A stretch of 64,000 nucleotides of DNA, taken from a virus. Shown one piece after another: positions 1 to 8,813 of the stretch; position 1 is the stretch's first letter, and every line of letters starts with the position of its first letter. The stretch spans positions 32,001-96,000 of IMG/VR virus record IMGVR_UViG_3300029448_000003; one strand, given 5' to 3'. Position numbers and translations under genes: made by a program. Below the pieces are notes generated by a model that made no database searches, was not told the origin of the DNA, and saw only the letters and a program-made list of their open reading frames with translations.

Positions 1-1
1 T

Positions 2-2575
2 GCAGGTATAGGTGGTGCTTTTGGTGCAGGTATTGGTACTTTAGTAGGGAAACAAGCTAGGAAAAGTAAATACAAATCTATCTTACAGCAACGTGCTAAC
101 AGAGCAATGGATGATGCAGACAATGAAGCTACGGATGCAATCAAAGGACCTATCACAGATGCAGAAAGAAACTGGCTAAATGGTTTAGAAAAGTATGACC
201 CTAAAAAAGGTAAGGATATACTACAGCAACAGATTAAAGTAGGTAAGAATGCTTATGTAGATGCAAGAGTATTACTAGATGTAAGTAGAAAGATGGTTAA
301 GGTTGTTGAAAATGTTACAAGAGAGCAAGCTGCTATTGGTGCTCCTATTACTCTTATAACACGAACAGCTAACAATCAGAAGGTAAGTGATACAGTTTTT
401 AATATTATTAATAATGTTGATACTATAGATAAAGATGTATTACAAAAAGCCTTACGTAAAAGTAAGGTAAAAGAAAAGAATTTCTTAGAGTTCCTTGCAA
501 GTAATGAAGAGTTTGCACATGCTCAAAAGAAATCTCTTAGTGATGCAGCTAAAGAGATGGCAGGGTATAGTAATCTAGGTAAGTTGAAAAAACAATTACT
601 AGAGATAGACCCAAGTATTAAGAAAAGAATGGAAGAATTATTTGGTGAAACAGATGATGTAACAAGTAATATAGGTTCATTTTATAAAATGTTTCAACGT
701 CTTGATAGAGAACGTAGAGCATTGATGGTGACACAGGTAGCTACAACTGCACGTAACGTTGCTACAGGTTTAGCTGTAATTACTTTTGAAACACTTGCCA
801 ATACATTAGAGTCTACCATAATGCATGGTGGTAAAGCATTTAAATCTTTATTAACAGAGGGTGGTTCAAGTAAAGGATTTCAAAAGGGATTAGAAAATTG
901 GACAAAGGATAGCTTTGGTCTTATAGAATTATTAGCTAGACAAAATAAATCAGGTGAAATGTCTCAGCTAATGTTGAAAGATAACCCTCGTCTTAACAGT
1001 ATACTGTTTCGTCAGCTTCAAGAGGTTGGAGCAGATGAAGTTCAAACACTATCTTCTTTTAGTAAGATGATGAACATTTTAAATATAACACAAGATGCTG
1101 TATTTAGAAGAGCTTTCTTTTCATATGACATGGATAAGAAACTACGTAGGGCAGGTTATTCTTTTGAAGATATGGCTACTGAAGGTAAAGGTTTAACAGT
1201 TAAAGAAATGCGTGGTAGTATGGAGTATGCATTAAAGAATACTTTTGCTATGATGCCAAGAAGTGGACCAGCCTATCACTTTGTAAAGTTTGTTGAATCA
1301 TTTCCAATGGTCCCAGTAATTGGTACAGGTGAATTTCCTTTCGCAAGATTTATGGCAAACGCAATGGCATTTCAATTAAAGTATAGTCCATTGAATGGTG
1401 CTTATGGATTGTATCAAGGTTCAGTAGCAACTGTAATGAAAGGATTGGGAAAAGAAGTTAGTCCTGCACAATGGTTAGAAGTTAGGGATAGACTATCAAA
1501 AGGTATGGTAGGTACAGCAGCTCTTATGTCAGCCATTCATTATAGAGAAAAGAATCAAGACACAGAGTGGTATAATATAAAGGCATCAGATGGTAGAACA
1601 ATTGACATGCGACCATTCTTTCCTGCCGCACCATACTTTATTGTAGCAGATATGATTGTCAAAGAGGGCAATGGTGAGCTTGATAAGATGTCAGGTAGAG
1701 ATTTTATTGATGGGTTTACTGGTGCTCAGTTTAGAGCAGGAGCTGCATCATATACTGTGGATAAGTTTTATGAGATAATGGGTTCAGAAGAAGGACTAGA
1801 AGGTGTAAGTGGTGAGAGATTAGGAGAGCTTGTTGGTGGATATGTTGGTGAGTTAACTGGTGGTTATCTAACTCCTCTTCGTGTTACTAAAGATATAGTT
1901 GCTGCCTTTGATGAAGAAGAAGCTATTGTTAGAGACTCGTCTATGGTAGAGGGACAAGGATGGAAAGAACGTGGTGTTCATGCCTTTCTAAATAAAATAC
2001 AAAAGGGTGTTCCTTTTTGGTCACAATCAATGCCTGAGTTTGAATCTCCTGTAAGAGGAGATAAGGCAATGACACAATCTCCTATACTTGGACAGATGTT
2101 AGGTCTACGATTTAGAGAACGTGCTAACCCAGCTGAATCTGAACTAGTAAGACTAGGGTATAAAACCTTTGAGATTCAACCTTCAACAGGTGATAAAGCT
2201 GCAGATATGTATGTTAAACGTGAGCTAGGTCCTCTTGTAGAAACATATATTGGTAACTTAATTGAGTCAGACCAATATAAAAATGCATCAGAGCCAAAGA
2301 AACTTGCTCTTGCTAAAAACTATTTGAAAGAGTTACGTTCTATTGCAAAAGAGTTTGGAGCATTCAATGCTAAACAAGATGCTCAAATAGAAGGGAAAGC
2401 CTTTACTCCATTTGATAGAACACAATGGCTAAGACTTCCCCGTAATGCACGTAAACTAGCTAATCAATGGTTTAAGAAAAAGAACAATGGTAAAACTGTA
2501 GAAGAGCTAGGTCAATATAGAAAGGGAGCTTATATAGGAAGACTCCTTGCTAGGAAACCACAGCTATCAAAGTAG
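2..2575 (+). CDS. Large internal virion (putative ejection) protein, 5'-partial; diverged homologue of 58904..62338
   Basis: Frame is open from base 2 (AGIGGAFGAGIG...). Shares DRERRALMVTQ.ATTARNVATG, GTGEFPFARFMANA.AFQ, RPFFP.APY and QFRAGAASYT with 58904..62338. Last gene of the structural arm. Confidence 0.7.
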   Translation, partial: AGIGGAFGAGIGTLVGKQARKSKYKSILQQRANRAMDDADNEATDAIKGPITDAERNWLNGLEKYDPKKGKDILQQQIKVGKNAYVDARVLLDVSRKMVKVVENVTREQAAIGAPITLITRTANNQKVSDTVFNIINNVDTIDKDVLQKALRKSKVKEKNFLEFLASNEEFAHAQKKSLSDAAKEMAGYSNLGKLKKQLLEIDPSIKKRMEELFGETDDVTSNIGSFYKMFQRLDRERRALMVTQVATTARNVATGLAVITFETLANTLESTIMHGGKAFKSLLTEGGSSKGFQKGLENWTKDSFGLIELLARQNKSGEMSQLMLKDNPRLNSILFRQLQEVGADEVQTLSSFSKMMNILNITQDAVFRRAFFSYDMDKKLRRAGYSFEDMATEGKGLTVKEMRGSMEYALKNTFAMMPRSGPAYHFVKFVESFPMVPVIGTGEFPFARFMANAMAFQLKYSPLNGAYGLYQGSVATVMKGLGKEVSPAQWLEVRDRLSKGMVGTAALMSAIHYREKNQDTEWYNIKASDGRTIDMRPFFPAAPYFIVADMIVKEGNGELDKMSGRDFIDGFTGAQFRAGAASYTVDKFYEIMGSEEGLEGVSGERLGELVGGYVGELTGGYLTPLRVTKDIVAAFDEEEAIVRDSSMVEGQGWKERGVHAFLNKIQKGVPFWSQSMPEFESPVRGDKAMTQSPILGQMLGLRFRERANPAESELVRLGYKTFEIQPSTGDKAADMYVKRELGPLVETYIGNLIESDQYKNASEPKKLALAKNYLKELRSIAKEFGAFNAKQDAQIEGKAFTPFDRTQWLRLPRNARKLANQWFKKKNNGKTVEELGQYRKGAYIGRLLARKPQLSK

Positions 2576-2581
2576 GTAGTA

Positions 2582-2956
2582 CTACCTATTATCTCCACTA
2601 CCACCTAACACACCTCTTTTCTTTCTAGACTGTAATTTTTCTAAATTGTTTTCCATTATCTTACCCAAATCAGAATCTAAGTAATCAGCTAACATAGCAC
2701 AGTACCATAACACATCACCTATTTCATTTGGTAAATCAGTTTTCCAATTAGAAGATGGTATATTATCCCTAATAATTTTCTTTATTTTATTGGCAATCTC
2801 GCCAGACTCCCCCACCAAACCTAACGATAAATATTCTAAGGCTTTATCTCTTGGAAATATTGCAGTCTCTTTTGCTTTTGATTGATACGTACTTGCCATA
2901 ATAGTGCTTTTGTTTTTATTTTCCATAAATTTATTTACTTCTTCCTCTAGTTTCAT
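2582..2956 (-). CDS. mazG: MazG-like nucleotide pyrophosphohydrolase
   Basis: LGLVGESGEIANKIKK...EIGDVLWY motif; start at MKLEEE chosen by comparison with the second copy. Confidence 0.9.
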   Translation of the reverse strand: MKLEEEVNKFMENKNKSTIMASTYQSKAKETAIFPRDKALEYLSLGLVGESGEIANKIKKIIRDNIPSSNWKTDLPNEIGDVLWYCAMLADYLDSDLGKIMENNLEKLQSRKKRGVLGGSGDNR

Positions 2957-3143
2957 AGTGTTTAACCTTTTTGAGTTGGGCATAAAATGCCGAATCAAAT
3001 CCTCGTTGCCATTCTCTATGTTGCATAGTGTTTAAATGGTAAGGTGTTCTTGTATAGCCACGATAGAATGCACCTCTACCCTTGTTAAATTGGATAGGTA
3101 AAGGTGCATCGTATTTAGACAGTCCGTACTTACGCTTTGCCAT
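2931..3143 (-). CDS. Small protein, ribosome modulation factor (RMF)-like pattern
   Basis: G..AF..G...PY...TMQHREWQRGF pattern, conserved in 62694..62942. Confidence 0.5.
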   Translation of the reverse strand: MAKRKYGLSKYDAPLPIQFNKGRGAFYRGYTRTPYHLNTMQHREWQRGFDSAFYAQLKKVKHYETRGRSK

Positions 3144-3387
3144 CTTTTTTCTCTTCGGCTTTAGGTTCAGCAGGTGGTTGAAAGTATCGTTGAATACAGC
3201 CTATCTTATCATGGTAGTCTGCTATCTTACCCAACTCTACTTCAATGGCTTCTTGAATATCTTGGTGATTGTCAGCGACACCACCTATGCCAGCAGGATT
3301 AGTAAGCAATACTTCTACGTTAGCTACGTGTTTGTTTAGCATACCTGTGTAGTATGCTAATTGTGCGTTAAGCAATAATTTTCTCAT
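3130..3387 (-). CDS. Conserved hypothetical phage protein
   Basis: KH..NVEVLLTNP.GIG..HQDIQ..IE.ELGKIADY; homologue at 62902..63153. Confidence 0.8.
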   Translation of the reverse strand: MRKLLLNAQLAYYTGMLNKHVANVEVLLTNPAGIGGVADNHQDIQEAIEVELGKIADYHDKIGCIQRYFQPPAEPKAEEKKDGKA

Positions 3388-3808
3388 TTGTTTTTCCTTT
3401 CTCTGAAAATGCTTTTATTACGTCTGATGAAAACAATTGTTTTATATTTAGTAGATACATCTTAGATGCTAGATGGTCTCCACCACGAACTGTTTTCTTA
3501 TAATCTAAATTGTTAATAATAGATTTTAGATTATCTGTTTTAAAGACAAGAGTTGCAAATGTATCTTCACCAATGCATAGGTTATGAAACCAATAGTCTG
3601 CTTCCGTACTACTGATGCCACTTGGTTTTCCATAAGACTCATACTCAATTGCAATATTGCCAGTCTTTTGCCATATATCTCTTTCACTTTTTACCTCAAT
3701 CTTTTTATCTTGTAACATATCTAATATTAATTTTTCCCGTACTTGTCCATACTGTAAATCAATATCAAACTTTTTTCTATCCTCTGTTTTGGGTTGCGTT
3801 GTATTCAT
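3368..3808 (-). CDS. Conserved phage protein, probable PD-(D/E)XK nuclease fold
   Basis: KIEVKSE...TGNIAIEY motif; GGAG RBS upstream. Confidence 0.55.
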   Translation of the reverse strand: MNTTQPKTEDRKKFDIDLQYGQVREKLILDMLQDKKIEVKSERDIWQKTGNIAIEYESYGKPSGISSTEADYWFHNLCIGEDTFATLVFKTDNLKSIINNLDYKKTVRGGDHLASKMYLLNIKQLFSSDVIKAFSEKGKTNEKIIA

Positions 3809-3809
3809 A

Positions 3810-5732
3810 TTAACTCCTTTCTAAATCAACGACTTCACATACACCTGCAGTACAAGCTAGTTCCTTGTGACCTGTAGTGTTATCGTCTTTTTCGTAGTTA
3901 GATAGTTTAGACCAATCAATATCACTTGTTGGCATTGCTTTAAGAAACTTCGTGTACTCTTCTTTTGAAATTTCTTGGTATGGTGCTTGTGCATATGTAT
4001 GGTCACTGTGTGGTAAAAAACTAATGCCTGAAATATCATCAAAGTTTTTATACACCCAAGCTCCTACATCTAACCATTCATTATCTCTTACAGTTATTGT
4101 AACAGATGGTTTATGCTCACACCAATGCTCTTGATATACCTTCCATATTTCTAAATGTTCTATGGCTGATAATTCATTTCTTGTAATTGCACCCTTTGGT
4201 GCTTTCATTGGAAAGCTGAAGACAGTTGTACTGTCAGGCTTTGTAATGTCAGGTTCGTTTGGAATACCTTCGTCTTTCATTAACTGTGTTAGTGGGTCTT
4301 TGTTATCAGCACGAACAGTACGTATGTAGTATTTACTATGTCGAGGATGAATACCACTTGCACTATCCACAAGCTGCGAAACTGTTCCACTAGGTTTAAC
4401 ACAAGTAATAGCTGTTGATTGGTTAATGCCAAACTTTTCTGCCCATATTTTATTTGTTTCGACTGCTGTTTGTTTTAACTCTTCTAAAAGTTTTGGTACA
4501 GTTTTAAGATTATACATGCTAACATTATCCATTATACCGGTAAGTGAAACACCTAACAAACGTTCTTCTACTGTGTTGTGTTGCCATATCTTACGTAGGT
4601 ATTTGAAATCTGTTAATGTAGATTGATACGTACCCAGTATTGTAGCTATCTTTATTTTATCCTTTATCATTTCAATTGTATCATCACTACGAACAACTAC
4701 TTCAGTAAGGTTACAGAATTGGCTAGGTCTTAGTATGATTTCGGAACAAGGGTTACACCCAAACTCATGGGCTGTATCTCGTCTACCTGATTTACCAGCT
4801 TGTTTCAATGCTGAACTTCTATTGAAGATACCTCGTTCCCCTGATTTACTTTCAACTAAAGATAACCATTCACGCATAAATGTCTCCATCTGTGGCTTAC
4901 TTTTGTAGGCTACACTATTATTAGACAATGCTCTATGTCCATCTGTCTCCCACCATTGACCAGCTTTTGCGTGTCTCATTTGGTCATCATTTAAATTTGA
5001 AAGACTGATGAGGGCAGAACGTCTTACCCCACCAACGACCACTACCTCACCAATCTTACACATTATGTCATGGCATTCAATAGGATAAAGCCTTCTCCCC
5101 CTTGCATTCTTAAATACCCTAACACAAAACTTATATAAATCTATTAATGGTGCAGGTCCAGATGCCCTACCACCAAACGTTTTTAACCTTGCACCTGCAG
5201 GTCTAACAGCTTCTACATCTAACGTAGGTATCTGACCTACAGATAACATAGCAAGTAACTCTCGTAATGCTCTTGCCCAACCTGAACGTGAGTCTGCAAC
5301 TTTAATTACTGTATTACTCTTTTCAAAATGTTCATTAATTGCAGGTATCTTATCTACATTATAGCGTTCAACACTAAAACCTACACCTGTTCCACACATA
5401 AGAATATACATTGCTTCGTCAAAAGCACGTAGGTCATCTACTACCAAGTAGGAACAATTATAACCTGCAACATTACACTTATCCAATGCTTTACCTGAAG
5501 TCATTAAGGCTCTCATGCTTGGCATAACTTTTAGTGTCTTAATATAATTAGCAATCTTGGGAGTAATATAACTAAGACTATTACTTGTACGAAACAATTT
5601 AGGATACTTGTTAATCATATTGTCAACGTATCTATTGACAGTTTCATCCCAAGTTTCTCTTCTGTTTTCTTCCTCAAGCCACCTTGTGTAGCGTGATGTA
5701 GCTATAAAATTTTGATAATTATCCATCGTCAT
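3810..5732 (-). CDS. nrdJ: Class II (adenosylcobalamin-dependent) ribonucleotide reductase
   Basis: NPCSEI, FCNLTE, TCVKPSGTVSQL, C-terminal CTAGVC; no beta-subunit gene adjacent. Confidence 0.92.
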   Translation of the reverse strand: MTMDNYQNFIATSRYTRWLEEENRRETWDETVNRYVDNMINKYPKLFRTSNSLSYITPKIANYIKTLKVMPSMRALMTSGKALDKCNVAGYNCSYLVVDDLRAFDEAMYILMCGTGVGFSVERYNVDKIPAINEHFEKSNTVIKVADSRSGWARALRELLAMLSVGQIPTLDVEAVRPAGARLKTFGGRASGPAPLIDLYKFCVRVFKNARGRRLYPIECHDIMCKIGEVVVVGGVRRSALISLSNLNDDQMRHAKAGQWWETDGHRALSNNSVAYKSKPQMETFMREWLSLVESKSGERGIFNRSSALKQAGKSGRRDTAHEFGCNPCSEIILRPSQFCNLTEVVVRSDDTIEMIKDKIKIATILGTYQSTLTDFKYLRKIWQHNTVEERLLGVSLTGIMDNVSMYNLKTVPKLLEELKQTAVETNKIWAEKFGINQSTAITCVKPSGTVSQLVDSASGIHPRHSKYYIRTVRADNKDPLTQLMKDEGIPNEPDITKPDSTTVFSFPMKAPKGAITRNELSAIEHLEIWKVYQEHWCEHKPSVTITVRDNEWLDVGAWVYKNFDDISGISFLPHSDHTYAQAPYQEISKEEYTKFLKAMPTSDIDWSKLSNYEKDDNTTGHKELACTAGVCEVVDLERS

Positions 5733-5904
5733 ACTCTCCCTTTTGTTGTGTTATTCTTAATGTTTTAACTTGCATTCCATTAATATCGTGTATATATTCT
5801 CGTAATGCATCTTCAATTTCCTCTCTTACATCGCCATCAGATGGTACAGCATACTCATCCGGGTCAACTAAAATATCTATCCACACTTTAACTTGTATTG
5901 CCAT
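5719..5904 (-). CDS. Hypothetical phage protein
   Basis: 61 aa ORF overlapping both neighbours in the operon. Confidence 0.7.
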   Translation of the reverse strand: MAIQVKVWIDILVDPDEYAVPSDGDVREEIEDALREYIHDINGMQVKTLRITQQKGEYDDG

Positions 5905-6247
5905 CTTGCTTCTCTATCTCTTGTTCCAATCTAGCTAAGTACCATTTAGCTTTACCTAAATCTTCTAGCTTCTTTCCTTTATAACCATATCTCCATACAT
6001 ACTTTTGTACATTTCCTTTTAAGTAACCACAAAATTCTATATCAGACATGGATGCTTGTATTGCATCTATGCATTCAATGCCGTGTTTATTATAATGTGG
6101 TGGGCTATTAACCATGTCTTCATCTTTTGAAGAAAAGAAATCAATTCCTGTTGTTCTTGTAAACAAGCCATCTACTTTTTTAGTTTTATTCATTATCTTT
6201 TTGTACGACATATTATGCACTCCCTTCTGTTTCTGTTTTAAAATCAA
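5888..6247 (-). CDS. DUF3310 family protein (start possibly at the internal MSYKK)
   Basis: DMVNSPPHY...IECIDAI...GYLKGNV.KYVWRY..K...EDL.KA.WYL. Confidence 0.85.
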   Translation of the reverse strand: MILKQKQKGVHNMSYKKIMNKTKKVDGLFTRTTGIDFFSSKDEDMVNSPPHYNKHGIECIDAIQASMSDIEFCGYLKGNVQKYVWRYGYKGKKLEDLGKAKWYLARLEQEIEKQDGNTS

Positions 6248-6569
6248 TCTTTATTAGATTACCCTCTTTACTTACAACTGTCAACTCTTTTTTAGTATCT
6301 TTGTTTTTTATAGTATCTATGCTTCCATATTCATGTGCTAAATCGTGTACTTCTGCAGCTAAATCTGGATACATCTCTAAAAAAGGTATCATACTTGCCA
6401 TCATACAGCAAAGATTATATACTTGTTTATTATCTGTTGCTCTTAGAGGATTGCTATTAGATGAAAGTATATTAATATTTACTCCACCAGTCCAGCGGTT
6501 TTTGTTTGTAATATCTGGGCGAACTTGTATAAGAAAGTCCTGCGGTTTAATGTGTTTTATATACTCCAT
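6213..6569 (-). CDS. Hypothetical phage protein
   Basis: In-operon ORF with GGAG RBS; C-terminal EGNLIKIDF. Confidence 0.75.
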   Translation of the reverse strand: MEYIKHIKPQDFLIQVRPDITNKNRWTGGVNINILSSNSNPLRATDNKQVYNLCCMMASMIPFLEMYPDLAAEVHDLAHEYGSIDTIKNKDTKKELTVVSKEGNLIKIDFKTETEGSA

Positions 6570-6570
6570 A

Positions 6571-7026
6571 CTAACTCCTTTTTATTTTCTTACCTTTAAA
6601 TACAATAAAGGTATCTGTTATGGGCTTACCCTTTTTCTTAATCCAAGATTGTGGTATAACTCTATCAGCATAAGGAATGCCATACTTAATACACCACTCA
6701 CCATATGTAGACTTTGCATTCTTTCGTAACTTTTTGTTACTATTTGTAAACACAAATCTTATGTCTAACTTTGGGTGTTGTTTCTTTATACACATATGTT
6801 TACGTCTATCCATTACTGTAAACAAACCTTTGGTTTCAATAATAATTCCATTATGTAGTATAAAGTCTGGGGTATAGGTGCGATAAGACAAGTCTTCCCA
6901 CTCAATTTTAATAGTTTCATATCCATATGAAATCTTTAAATCGTTTAGGTGGGATGCAACTTGGTCTTCTAAACCACTCCTATACCCATTCTTACGTGCT
7001 AAATAACGAGCACTATATCTAGACAT
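6571..7026 (-). CDS. T7 endonuclease I-like Holliday junction resolvase
   Basis: YRSGLE, YTPDF, IIIETKG, DIRFVF motifs. Confidence 0.92.
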   Translation of the reverse strand: MSRYSARYLARKNGYRSGLEDQVASHLNDLKISYGYETIKIEWEDLSYRTYTPDFILHNGIIIETKGLFTVMDRRKHMCIKKQHPKLDIRFVFTNSNKKLRKNAKSTYGEWCIKYGIPYADRVIPQSWIKKKGKPITDTFIVFKGKKIKRS

Positions 7027-7879
7027 TTTTATATTCTTCTTTTAAATATACATAAGATACAATCTTTGGCTCTTTTGCTTGCGACATAACGGCAGGCTTT
7101 TCTTCTAAACCTTCCCAACATGCATGACGAAAATCGCAGAACGTGCAACTCTTACCTAATACTTTATTCCCAGTAAGTTTACCTCTGAATGTTTCATCTA
7201 CAGCATCAAAGCATCTTTCAAATTTATTCTTATCAAGACGTTCAAACTTATCTTTTAATACAGTATATTCTTTTTTAATGTCAAGTTCTTTTGCAGAAAC
7301 ATATTTAAACTCTGCATTATTTTTATTGATAACCCACCAGCCACCAACATTTTTCTTGGATGCTTTAGCATACCCAGCTAACTGTCCTACGTAACCAAAG
7401 CTATCTCCATCTTTTACTGTTTCAAAGTCTCTAAACTTATTTGTGTAAGACCACGTAGATGCAGATTTAATATCGTCTACATGGTCATCTATTACAAGGT
7501 CATACGTTCCTTTTATCTTATTACCTTTGACGTTAAGGGATACTTCCTTACTATCGGTATATGATACACCAGCTTCAGTTAGTACACCCTTAAAAACAGC
7601 TTCAACAATATCACCCAGCATCATAAGCATTACACGATTAGCTGATGGTCTTATTGCAGTCTCTGGTCTATTCTTTTGAAACCATAGTTGACAGTAAGGT
7701 CTGCCGATATTTGACATACGTAATCGAAACTTCTCTTCTCTAGGAGAGAATTGTTTCTTTAATGCATCACGTATGTGAGACACAACCTGTTCGATTGTGT
7801 CATCACTCATACCGACAAGACCCCTTGTCGCTTTATCAAGGTAACTGTATACCTGTAATTCAGCTTTAGATGAAGCCAT
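7019..7879 (-). CDS. PD-(D/E)XK exonuclease (Cas4/RecB-like fold)
   Basis: LRMSNIG..C, G..D....DDIKS, Y..Q...Y, C..C.F...C. Confidence 0.8.
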   Translation of the reverse strand: MASSKAELQVYSYLDKATRGLVGMSDDTIEQVVSHIRDALKKQFSPREEKFRLRMSNIGRPYCQLWFQKNRPETAIRPSANRVMLMMLGDIVEAVFKGVLTEAGVSYTDSKEVSLNVKGNKIKGTYDLVIDDHVDDIKSASTWSYTNKFRDFETVKDGDSFGYVGQLAGYAKASKKNVGGWWVINKNNAEFKYVSAKELDIKKEYTVLKDKFERLDKNKFERCFDAVDETFRGKLTGNKVLGKSCTFCDFRHACWEGLEEKPAVMSQAKEPKIVSYVYLKEEYKNV

Positions 7880-8781
7880 TAAAATGGAATTTCATCATCT
7901 AATGTTTTGTCTACCTTAACAAAGTCTTCAACTAATTGTGAGTCCTCATTAGATAGTTCGGCAGGTTTAGCTTTATCTTTCCACGCACCAAAAACATATA
8001 TATTATAATTCTCAATCCATTGCATAAAGTCACCAAACCTTTCTTGCACTTCATCTGTTACCTCATTTACATCTTTACCCAATGTACCTGATGGTAAGTA
8101 GAACGTACCAATATTTCCTTTGCGTTCAGTAGAACCTAAAGCAATTTCATATTGGACAGGAAGATGTTTCAAACTTCCTACTTTACTAATAGGCTCACCC
8201 ATAATCTTAAAGGCATCCCTATTATCAATCTCCCAAATAAATGGAAGGTCAACTACATCCTCAAGTTCTGAACCATCTTCTCCTAAAACATTTTTAGCAG
8301 TAAGAGTACCTATAAAAACACGTACACGTTTAATACTCTTTAGTAGTTTCTTAGTACTATCAGGTAAAGCGTTATAGTCTTTAATCCAACCTGCAGGTTT
8401 ACCACAATTAAATCCACCTGCATTATCTTTAAGGTCAGTATTTAAATTGTCAGCCATTACAGTCTTAACATAGAAAGCTCTACCACTTGAGTTATCAAAC
8501 TTCTTGTACATAAATCTTTGTACGTAAGGTCTAATCGTTACCTCTTCTGAATAGAATGTAGCATCATTAGCAATGTCCTCTATTTTATAAGAGCCACCAT
8601 TTACTATGGCAGCTTGGGTTTTCTTACCCTTTACTTCTACTTCACCCATAATTGGTGAGTGTTGTAGTTTAAGTCTAGCTAATTGTAGTGTAGCTTTCTT
8701 AGTAGTTAAATCGGCATTCATACCCATAGCTTGAGCCATGCCATTAAAGTTATTTATATCAATTGTATTTACATTATTCAT
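7879..8781 (-). CDS. Putative single-stranded DNA-binding/annealing protein
   Basis: Follows the polymerase; acidic DDEIPF C-terminus typical of SSBs. Confidence 0.65.
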   Translation of the reverse strand: MNNVNTIDINNFNGMAQAMGMNADLTTKKATLQLARLKLQHSPIMGEVEVKGKKTQAAIVNGGSYKIEDIANDATFYSEEVTIRPYVQRFMYKKFDNSSGRAFYVKTVMADNLNTDLKDNAGGFNCGKPAGWIKDYNALPDSTKKLLKSIKRVRVFIGTLTAKNVLGEDGSELEDVVDLPFIWEIDNRDAFKIMGEPISKVGSLKHLPVQYEIALGSTERKGNIGTFYLPSGTLGKDVNEVTDEVQERFGDFMQWIENYNIYVFGAWKDKAKPAELSNEDSQLVEDFVKVDKTLDDEIPF

Positions 8782-8813
8782 AAATTATACTCCTTTCGTG
8801 AGTTGTTAATATA

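Noticed and set aside
7019-7879. CRISPR-associated Cas4
   Set aside because: Cas4-like fold, but in the standard phage replication module with no CRISPR context
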